Assembly (NCBI GenBank): GCA_017620655.1
Contig: JAGAUT010000085.1
Coordinates: 939-64,938 of the forward strand
Reading direction: 5' to 3'
DNA: 64,000 nt
From: Clostridia bacterium
Lineage (GTDB): Bacteria; Bacillota; Clostridia; Oscillospirales; CAG-382
Position 1 is the stretch's first letter; each line of letters opens with the position of its first letter. Below are positions 8,556 through 16,900 of the stretch, piece after piece. Under the pieces are notes generated by a model, which did not search any database, was not told where the DNA came from, and saw only the letters and a list, made by a program, of their open reading frames with translations. Made by a program: the position numbers and the translations under genes.

Positions 8556-8610
8556 TAGACAATTTATAACATTTACAATTTGCACTTTTCCATGTTTTAT
8601 TGGATTTCGC

Positions 8611-8640
8611 ACAAAAACTCCGCATCTTGCGATGCGGAGT
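8611..8640 (-). terminator. intrinsic terminator after permease gene
   Basis: 10-bp stem ACTCCGCATC/GATGCGGAGT followed by TTTTTGT on the minus strand. Confidence 0.8.
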
Positions 8641-8659
8641 CTTCAATTATATTAGCTAC

Positions 8660-10012
8660 TTATTCAGCCTTATCAGCCTTGGAAAGCACTACATTTACGA
8701 TGATACCGAGAATGAGGGCACATGCGATAGATGTAATTGTAACCTTGCCGAAAGAAAGTGTAAGACCGCCGATACCTGCAATGAGGATTGTAGAAGCTAC
8801 GAAAAGATTTCTGTTTTCGTTAAGATCTACAGGCTGGAGCATCTTAAGACCGGAAACAGCGATGAATCCGTAAAGCGCCATACAAACGCCGCCCATTACG
8901 CAGGAAGGAATTGTATTAACAAATGCTACGAAAGGAGAAAGGAAGGAAATGAGAATTGCGAGAACTGCTGCTGTCTGGATTGTGTAAACAGAAGCGTTGC
9001 CGGAAATAGCAACACAGCCAACAGATTCGCCGTATGTTGTGTTGGGGCATCCGCCGAAGATTGCACCTGCCATGGAGCCGACACCGTCGCCGAGAAGTGT
9101 TCTTGCAAGACCGGGTTCTTCAATAAGGTCCTTTTCGATGATGGAAGAAATGTTCTTGTGGTCAGCTACGTGTTCAGCAAATACAACGAATGCAACGGGA
9201 ACATATGCAACAGCGATGGAAGCGATGTATGCACCGTCAATAGCTTCAAAACCGCCGAGAGCTTTAAGGAAAGTGAATTCAGGTAATGCAACGAATGTTG
9301 AAAGCTTAACGCCGTCAGCAACGAGAGCCTTGAAAGCATCAAAGTTTATAATCTGCATAGCCTCAATACCTGCCGCATTGCCGATAAGTGTAAAGATAAC
9401 GGAGAGCGCATAGCCTGCAAGAATACCGATGATGAAGGGAATCATCTTAACTGTCTTTTTCCCGAAGGTTGCGCAAAGAGCAACAACTATGAGTGTAACT
9501 ATACCAACAATTGTTGTGAAATAGGGGCTAGCCGCAGGTACACTGCCTGTACCCTTTGCAAGGTCGCCTACAGCGTTGCCTGCAAGAGAAAGACCGATGA
9601 TGGCAACTGTCGGACCGATAACAACTGCGGGCATGAGCTTGTTAATCCAGTTTACGCCGACGCACTTAACGATAAGAGCAATAACAACATAAACGAGGCC
9701 TGCAAGGATTGCACCGATGATGAGACCGAGGTAACCTAGTTCAACAGTTACAGCACCTGCAAAGGCTGCTGCCATGGAGCCGAGGAACGCGAAGGATGAG
9801 CCGAGGAAAACAGGGCTTGAGAACTTAGTGAAAAGTCCGTATACGATTGTACCTACACCTGCACCGAAAAGTGCTGCTGCGGGCTGCATGCCGTTACCGA
9901 TGATTACGGGAACAACGAGTGTTGCTGTCATAATCGCAAGTAACTGCTGGATTGCAAACACAATGTTTGCACCAAACTTGGGTTTGTCTTTAATGCCGTA
10001 AACTAATTTCAT
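8660..10012 (-). CDS. NCS2-family nucleobase (uracil/xanthine-type) permease
   Basis: 450 aa and polytopic. The N-terminus IVFAIQQLLAIMTATLVVPVI and overall pattern are typical of uracil/xanthine permeases. Substrate not assignable. Confidence 0.8.
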   Translation of the reverse strand: MKLVYGIKDKPKFGANIVFAIQQLLAIMTATLVVPVIIGNGMQPAAALFGAGVGTIVYGLFTKFSSPVFLGSSFAFLGSMAAAFAGAVTVELGYLGLIIGAILAGLVYVVIALIVKCVGVNWINKLMPAVVIGPTVAIIGLSLAGNAVGDLAKGTGSVPAASPYFTTIVGIVTLIVVALCATFGKKTVKMIPFIIGILAGYALSVIFTLIGNAAGIEAMQIINFDAFKALVADGVKLSTFVALPEFTFLKALGGFEAIDGAYIASIAVAYVPVAFVVFAEHVADHKNISSIIEKDLIEEPGLARTLLGDGVGSMAGAIFGGCPNTTYGESVGCVAISGNASVYTIQTAAVLAILISFLSPFVAFVNTIPSCVMGGVCMALYGFIAVSGLKMLQPVDLNENRNLFVASTILIAGIGGLTLSFGKVTITSIACALILGIIVNVVLSKADKAE

Positions 10013-10081
10013 ATGTAGTTTACCTCCTTTTTATTTATAATACGCCTGCATGACAGGCATTATTATATTCCCGCCGATATG

Positions 10082-10110
10082 AAAAAAGATGCCCGTAAAA
10101 AAGGCATCTT
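10082..10110 (-). terminator. leader (attenuator) terminator upstream of permease ORF
   Basis: Minus strand AAGATGCC-loop-GGCATCTT followed by TTTT, about 70 nt upstream of ATG 10012. Upstream AAAAAAGGCA can pair with TGCCTTTTTT as an antiterminator. Confidence 0.55.
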
Positions 10111-10189
10111 CAAAAGTTTCACATTCTTTCGGGGTTTCGCCGTGAAAAAAGCTCTGCCTTTTTTGAATGGTGTTTCTTCATCCTCGAAG

Positions 10190-10219
10190 ATTATATCACA
10201 ACTTGTCGTAGTTTGTCAA
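10190..10219 (-). promoter_or_regulatory. SigA-type promoter of nucleobase permease
   Basis: TTGACA (10219-10214), an 18-nt spacer, then TATAAT (10195-10190) on the minus strand. Confidence 0.55.
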
Positions 10220-10274
10220 TAGAATTTTCACAATATATTGAGTTTTATCACATGCTCAGGCGTCAAACACAAAA

Positions 10275-10307
10275 ATCCCGACCGCCATAAATTCTAGCGG
10301 TCGGGAT
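10275..10307 (-). terminator. hairpin + U-tract ending the repeat block downstream of the histidine phosphatase gene
   Basis: 11-bp stem ATCCCGACCGC/GCGGTCGGGAT followed by TTTTGTGTTT on the minus strand. The stem-loop belongs to a repeat family (see findings). Confidence 0.55.
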
Positions 10308-10321
10308 GTGTACTTGTACAA

Positions 10322-10559
10322 TACTAATCGGGATTGTTTTTTGCATTGCACTTCGGGCAGTATGGTTTGTTTTTTATCCTTAAATACCCCGAAGCTCTTT
10401 TCTTCTTGCTTACTTCTTCTTTTTCGTAAAGAAGTATTCTTTTAATTGGTATTTAGCTTTGCATGGCACTTCGGGCAGTACTGTTAGAATTATATCTCAG
10501 ATTCCCCGAAGTTCTTTTCTTCTTGCTTACTTCTTCTTTTCCGTAAAAGAAGAAGTAAG
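10322..10559 (-). repeat. two tandem ~118-bp T units
   Basis: CTTCGGG at 10351 and 10469, and CTTACTTC at 10409 and 10526, give a 117-118 bp period. The terminal hairpin at 10526-10559 has a perfect 15-bp stem. Same family as 6715-6825. Confidence 0.85.
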
Positions 10560-11279
10560 TTAAAACGGTATACTGTTATTATATCTTGTGGGAAGTCCGC
10601 TTTCATAGATATGAGAATCATTTGAAAGTGTCAGCATTTTTGGGAAAACAACATTATCTTTTTCCACGGCAAAGTCGATTACCGTCATGCTTGAATGGCA
10701 CATTGTAAAGTGGGTAGAATAAATCGGGTAAGGAACATCGAGAAGTGCACTCAAAAATGCGGTGCCGAAGCCTTCGTGGGCAAAGAGTGCAACCCTGTCA
10801 TTGTTTGGATTTTCTGCAATATAGTAACCCTTTTCCCTGTCGTGTCTGTAGCCGAGAGAAAGCATAAATGCATCCGCTTCCCTCTCGATTCTGAGAGTTC
10901 CTTCCTTGATTCTTGTGTTTTTGAATGCCTCATGGTCGTACCAGTTTATGCCCATAGCTCTTAATTCTTGGGACATAAGAAGCTTTTTGATGTGAGTATG
11001 CTGATAGCACCAGGTATAGAAGTTTTCGTCGTTGGGCATGGAAAAATCCTGCCATGCATACTGCTCGTTACACCAGTCAAGAATTTCAATTTCCTTCTTT
11101 AAAAGCTCTGCTGTGGGTTTGGCAGTAAGCATTGCACGGTTGGAGCTTGATGCATAAATCTTATCAAGTCCGTATCTTGCAAGTCTGTATTTTATCGCCT
11201 CTGCCTGCTCAAGTCCGAGTGGTGTTAAGCTGTCGGGGTTATATATGGGGTCTCCGTGTCTTATGTAGAAAAATAACAT
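10560..11279 (-). CDS. histidine phosphatase (phosphoglycerate-mutase-like) family protein
   Basis: 239 aa with the catalytic RHG motif at the N-terminus (FYIRHGDP) and a later HEGF motif. Confidence 0.75.
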   Translation of the reverse strand: MLFFYIRHGDPIYNPDSLTPLGLEQAEAIKYRLARYGLDKIYASSSNRAMLTAKPTAELLKKEIEILDWCNEQYAWQDFSMPNDENFYTWCYQHTHIKKLLMSQELRAMGINWYDHEAFKNTRIKEGTLRIEREADAFMLSLGYRHDREKGYYIAENPNNDRVALFAHEGFGTAFLSALLDVPYPIYSTHFTMCHSSMTVIDFAVEKDNVVFPKMLTLSNDSHIYESGLPTRYNNSIPF

Positions 11280-11305
11280 TTTGTGCCTCCTGTTTTACAA
11301 ACGCA

Positions 11306-11418
11306 ACAATCCCTCAGTCGCTTTGCGACAGCTCCCTTTACACAAGGGAGCCATATTTACAGACAAGCCCTCCTTGTGTAAAGGAGGGTGTCATCCGCAT
11401 GGGTGACGGGAGGATTGT
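11306..11418. repeat. P-family inverted pair (MITE-like, ~113 bp)
   Basis: Arms 11306-11352 and 11367-11418 are reverse-complement versions of one unit: ACAATCCCTC box, variable hairpin, then CTCCCTTTACACAAGGGAG hairpin. Confidence 0.85.
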
Positions 11419-11421
11419 AAA

Positions 11422-13332
11422 TTAGAGATAAATTGAGAAATATTTAGGGTCCATGCTGTCAAAGTTTGCGGCGGATGCGTAGTCGCACATGAGATATTCG
11501 TATTCCTTTTCATCGGCAACAAGCTTGACTCTCAAAACGCTGAGATTGCCCGAGTTGTTGACAACATAGAATGACGATGTGGAGGTTATGTTCTTTCCAT
11601 AAAGGGTATCTAAACCAAACATATCCTCTTCCTTTGCACCGAACTTCTTGGTTCGAGCAAGGATTACAGGTCCGCGTCTGAGGACAACCTTTGAACATTT
11701 AAGCATACTGTCCTTGTTACATACGCCGACAGGATTGTCCATCCAACGTACAAGGTGGTAGTCACCTTCGGGAATGGGTTCCCACTTTCTTTCGATAACC
11801 TCGATACTCATATCGAATCTTACCTTCATAATAGTGGTATCTTCATTAAGCTCAACTTCGTAATAGTCACCGCAGGGAATTTCAATTTCGTCGCCGATGC
11901 CAATTCTAATCTTTGTATTCTTGCTCCATTCGGGGATTCTGAGATAAAGCTTCTTGCCCTTTTCGGGGTTACGTACGGAAATACCAACCCAGCCCCAGCC
12001 AAAGTAGCCGTCGTGAACCTTGATTTCGGTTTCGCCGAAGTTAGTCTGGCTCTGGATGAACATATTAACATAGTAGCCCTTGTCGTTCTTCATTACACAG
12101 CTTTCAGCCGCATTTGTAAAGCCTCGTCCCGCATTATCAAGGCAACAGTGCTGATACTTTGTTTCGCACTGAGGAACAGCAGTCCAATGTCTGCCGGCAC
12201 CTCTTACAAAGAACGCACCGCTCTTGCCGTCGGCGTAAACACCCGCAATATACGCATTTACAAACGCCTTTTCAAAGGAGCTCATATACTTCATTTCGCC
12301 CGTGAGTCTGTAAAGCTCATGGCAGAGTCTCATCCAATGGAGAACATCGCAGATTTCCGTTGCCGCATCTGCATAGTCTGCCGCCTTCTGATATCTTTCG
12401 CAGTAGCCTACAGAGCCGAGAATGTTACTTTCATATTTTACAAGAATTTCGTAAAGTGCCTTTGAAGCTTCGAGGAGTTTTTCTTCGCCTGTAAGTCTGT
12501 ACATTTCAAGAATACCGTCAAAGCAAGAAGTCATTTCATATGCCTTTGGATACCAGCCTTCGGAAAGCGCATACCAATCGTCAACGGATTTGCCCGAAAG
12601 TGCGTTATTAAGAAGGTTGGGAGCCTCATTGTCTTCTCTTGACCATTCTTTAACTATATCCTTGCCGAATGTGAAATACTTTTCATCGCCTGTGAGTCTG
12701 TAAAGCACAAGCATGGGTTTGAGAATAGAGCTTGAAGGCATACCGTCCATAACGCCGCTGTCTTTGACTCTTTTGCCGTCAGAAACGAATTTTGCAACAA
12801 TCCAGTCGGCAAGCTTTACCGCACCCTGAAGGATAAACGCATCTTCAAGATACTGTGCCGCTTCAATAAGTGCCCAGAGAGTATACTTCATACCCCAAAT
12901 GTTCCAGCAGTAGTTTGCACCCCAGCCCATATAAAGTGTTGCTTTTTCTGTATCAACGGGATAAATGTTGTCGCTGTTACGGTATGTAGAAAGATAACCG
13001 TCTTCTCTCTGAAGGGACAGCATTTTATAGCAGGAACGTCTTAAGTCCTCTGCAAGTCTTTCGTCCTTTTTATATCTACAGCATCTGACGGCAGAAAGCA
13101 TAAGCTTTCCCCAGAATTCGCTTCTCCAAAAGCCGAATGTGAAGATATCGTCATACTGTGTCTTGAAAAAGTCCTCAGCTTCTCTGAGAATTTCTTCAAT
13201 GGCAAACCTACCGCTTACTCTTTCATTTATAAATCTGTCAAATCTTGCGCCAATTTCACCTTCAAGGAAGCAGGAGCCGAGCTCAGGCATTTCCATGAGG
13301 TTATTTACCTTATAGTCTACTCTGTAATTCAT
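11422..13332 (-). CDS. glycoside hydrolase family 127-like (DUF1680, beta-L-arabinofuranosidase-type) protein
   Basis: 636 aa. The E-x-C (ATEICD) and CC (QHCCLDN) motifs match the Zn/catalytic Cys arrangement known for GH127 HypBA1. Confidence 0.65.
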   Translation of the reverse strand: MNYRVDYKVNNLMEMPELGSCFLEGEIGARFDRFINERVSGRFAIEEILREAEDFFKTQYDDIFTFGFWRSEFWGKLMLSAVRCCRYKKDERLAEDLRRSCYKMLSLQREDGYLSTYRNSDNIYPVDTEKATLYMGWGANYCWNIWGMKYTLWALIEAAQYLEDAFILQGAVKLADWIVAKFVSDGKRVKDSGVMDGMPSSSILKPMLVLYRLTGDEKYFTFGKDIVKEWSREDNEAPNLLNNALSGKSVDDWYALSEGWYPKAYEMTSCFDGILEMYRLTGEEKLLEASKALYEILVKYESNILGSVGYCERYQKAADYADAATEICDVLHWMRLCHELYRLTGEMKYMSSFEKAFVNAYIAGVYADGKSGAFFVRGAGRHWTAVPQCETKYQHCCLDNAGRGFTNAAESCVMKNDKGYYVNMFIQSQTNFGETEIKVHDGYFGWGWVGISVRNPEKGKKLYLRIPEWSKNTKIRIGIGDEIEIPCGDYYEVELNEDTTIMKVRFDMSIEVIERKWEPIPEGDYHLVRWMDNPVGVCNKDSMLKCSKVVLRRGPVILARTKKFGAKEEDMFGLDTLYGKNITSTSSFYVVNNSGNLSVLRVKLVADEKEYEYLMCDYASAANFDSMDPKYFSIYL

Positions 13333-13695
13333 ATTTTTCTCTCCAATCTGTGAAAATTACGATTTGTCATAATTTTACACCCGATATTCGTTTACATATT
13401 AAATTATATAATACACAACCATGTTTGTCAACTTCAAAACACGTCATATTTTTCCAAAAAAACCACGTTGTTTGGGGACTTTTCGATGAATATCATTGAC
13501 TTATACGTGCACAATACTTTTGGGAAGTGAAAAAGCAAATATGCATTTTCAAAAATTCCCACTCATAAAGCCTGAAAGCATGGCTACAATAAAAACAGAG
13601 CCGAAAGGAAAGCGAAAAGTTCGCCCGTCGGCTCTCGGTAAGAAGGTTTCTTCTTACATTGATTATCAAAATGTATATCAAGGAGATTTATTATT

Positions 13696-13887
13696 ATGAA
13701 CAAGTCTAAGATTGTTGTTCCCGAAGCTAAGGAAGCTATGGAAAAGTTTAAGATGGAAGCTGCAAGCGAAGTAGGCGTTAACCTCAAACAGGGTTACAAC
13801 GGCGACCTCACTTCCAAGCAGGCAGGTTCTGTCGGCGGTCAGATGGTCAAGAAGATGATCGAAGCCTACGAAAACGGCATGAAGTAA
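13696..13887 (+). CDS. alpha/beta-type small acid-soluble spore protein
   Basis: 63 aa. KFKMEAASEVGV and SKQAGSVGGQMVKKMIE match both SASP signatures. GGAG RBS. Confidence 0.9.
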   Translation: MNKSKIVVPEAKEAMEKFKMEAASEVGVNLKQGYNGDLTSKQAGSVGGQMVKKMIEAYENGMK

Positions 13888-13900
13888 TCAAAAAACAATA

Positions 13901-13930
13901 AAAAGGGATGCCTTCCGGCATCCCTTAATC
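13901..13930. terminator. bidirectional terminator between SASP gene and scaffoldin-like gene
   Basis: GGGATGCC-TTCC-GGCATCCC with an A-rich 5' side and a T-rich 3' side. Confidence 0.75.
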
Positions 13931-13931
13931 T

Positions 13932-16900
13932 TTATTTACAATTATCGCAAGGCACGTTATATGCCGCAGCATCATCACCGTTTTTCACAACGATTACGAA
14001 TTCTGCCTCTCCGCTTTCATTTGCACAAACAAGTGCCTTTACATAATCGGCATAGGTTGTTTGATAATTATTATTTCCGTCAACGGATTTGTCATTATAG
14101 CAACGGATATAATTCTTTGCCTCTATGACATCCTCGTAACCAATCTTTTTGATAGTTGACCATTTAAGGAATGAACTTCCAAGAGACGAATACTCCATGA
14201 TCACAAACGCAGTGTCCTCAGTAACTGTCACAACATTTGACTGCTGCTTGTTTCCGAGAAAATCATTATATGTTGTGCCGCTATAGTTTTCAACGTACTC
14301 TGTGGCACAGTTTTTACATTCCAGAGTATTATCCACAGGAACGACTACCATTGCGTTTTCGTTTGCAGATTTTATCCACACACAGCTTGCCAGATTGATA
14401 CTGCCTACAAGTGCCGAAGTGCTGTCGTCAATCATTTCGTCTTCCGTAATCCTTACAACCGTTCCTTCCTTGAGTGCAGGAGTGCTTGTAAGGTTACTTG
14501 CCTTGGCATCAAATTTTACGGAGGGAATGTCTGAAGTTTTAATTCCTGTCAATGGGTTATAAACTTCATAATAGTATCTCCAGTTTTCGTCTGCATCCAG
14601 ACCCACATCATAGCTTGAAATGATATGGTAAGAGGACACGTCCTCGGGCTGTTTGCCGAATGTAACGTTCCAGCCAACGCAATACTTTGAAACAAGAATT
14701 GCATCATCCTCGTCAACATCTCCGTCTGCGTCAACATCCGACGCGTTAAGAAGGATATTCTTTACTGCATATTCCTTACCTGCGGCATACTGCTTGATTA
14801 TAAGCACGTCCGCAAGGCTTATTGCACCGTCATTGTTTGCATCGCCGAGGATATAGTCATTGACAACAACCGTACCGTCAAAGGATGCTGCATCATATGT
14901 GCTGTCATCTGCCTTCAGTATATTATCGGCACTTACGGAAACATAATACTTGCCCTCTGCCGCCTCTTCTCTGACACGGAACGTAAGTTTAATAACATCA
15001 CCGTCATAGGAGAATGCTTCCTGCGTACCATCGCCCTTGTAATTAAGAACGACTTTTGCTTCGGGCTCGCCAAGGCTGCTCTTAAGCTCGTCTATATGTC
15101 CGCAAAGGAATTCGGTGTCCTTCCAATCAAGCACTGTATTGTCAAATGAAATGTTGATAACAGCTTCCTTGATATCGACGAAATCTTCCACGCTGATTAT
15201 AACATCAACATCATCGCCGCGTCTTACGACGTCTGAGCTTGCTCTGACAGCAGATGCCACAACCTTATATTCATATGTTACAACTTCACTGTCATACATA
15301 CCGTCAATCACGGCAATTGCCTTGAGTGTAAGGCTCTGGGTAAGTGCGATTGGGGCTTTATATTCTCTGCCGTTTGTCATTGAGGGAGTTGTGCCGTCAA
15401 GAGTATAATAGATGGCAGCACCGCCTGTGGGGCTTGAAAGGGAAATCCGTGTTCCTTTGAGCACGGATCCAGACTCAACATTTGCTATGGGCTTCTCTGC
15501 CGTTTCCCAATCGGGCATTACTACAGTAATATCCTTTTCCTTGGTCTTATTGCCGTACTGTGCGGTTACTGTAATTCTTGTTTTACCTGCACTCTTGGGA
15601 ACAACTGTTGCTTCAACCCATCTGTATCCGTCTTCATCAATATATTCATTGTAAACAAGGTCGAGCACTTCAGGCTTTGCCACTGTCCATGTAACAACAT
15701 CAGTACAGCCTGTAGGCTTGATTTGTGCCGAGAGAACAACAGGCGTTCCTCTATATTTCGCTGTATCGGCGGAGGACTTGAGAACAATGTCAGTTGCCTT
15801 CTTTATTACGGTAACTTCAATGCTGTCGGTAAGTCCTGCCCTTGATGTTGCAGTAACTATTGCCTTACCGCTTGCAATACCCTTGATTTCTGCCTTGCCG
15901 TTGCCGTTATCCGTAACGGCAACGATTGTTTCGTCCGAGCTCTTCCATGTAACAACATCTGTTGTAAGACCGATTCTCGGGGTTGTTGTTACAGCAAGCT
16001 CAACCGTTCCATTTACCGTGATTACAGCGCTTTCTTCCTCGAAAGCCATGGTTTCAAGATCAACTCTCAAACCCGCTTTAAAGGAATTATTGAATGTGGT
16101 GAGTGCCTTTGTGAGTGCTGTTATCTCATCTTCGTAATCATCATCGGAATATCCGGCACTACCGTAAGAAGAAAGTGCTGTCTTTGCGGTATTGATTGCT
16201 GTGCCGAATGTGCGGACAGCGTCGGATGTTGTCCAAGTTTCATCGGGATAAACATCCTTGCCGTTTGTGCTGATATTCTTATCTTCAGAGAGTCTTTCGT
16301 TACATGCTTCGATAAGCTCGTAAAGCTCAAGTGCCGAGCCTTTATAGTCGGGTCTTGTTGTTGTTACAACATATACGTCCTTTGATACCACCGAGTTCTT
16401 ACTGCTTACTGTAAGATATGTACTTCCTGCGGACGGTTTGAAAGTGGATTCCACAAAGCGTCCACCGTAATTATAAGTATATGTATCGTCGATTTCATCG
16501 CCGTACTGGTCAAAGGTCTTTGCGTAAACTGTTACAGAAGGATAATTCCCTGCAGTACCGATAACGCTTATTTCGCTGATACTTTCTGTGCAATCCTTGT
16601 CTGCATACACTTCAATGCGGTCATACACGGGAGTCTCTCTGACAATCTGAACATAGACAGTCTCTGTTGTGCCGCCTGCTGCCGCAACAACGGTGAATGC
16701 CTGTTCCTTGGCTGTCTTTCCGATTGTAATTGTATTTCCGTCAATGGAAATATCCTCGCTGTTATTGAGAAGAGAAAGTTCGACCTGTTCATTGGTTACC
16801 GAAGGATATCCAAAACTGTCAAGAACCTCTGTTTCAACTTCTATCACATAATCGAAGGAATGAACACCTGCCACGGTGTACCGCTGATTCACTCCGCTGA

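Noticed and set aside
8600-9413. Plus-strand ORFs of 228 and 138 aa inside the permease locus
   Set aside because: They are antisense shadows of the NCS2 permease. The Cys/Asn-rich or Ser/Pro-rich translations have no recognisable domains.
10013-10185. Purine riboswitch or PyrR binding site in the permease leader
   Set aside because: The conserved purine-aptamer junction sequences and the PyrR UCCAGAGAGG loop are absent. It is retained only as an unclassified attenuator candidate.
10322-10559. Possible CRISPR array (also considered for 60726-60932)
   Set aside because: There are only two directly abutting copies of 104-118 bp, with no unique spacers between them, no cas genes, and a repeat length far beyond CRISPR repeats.
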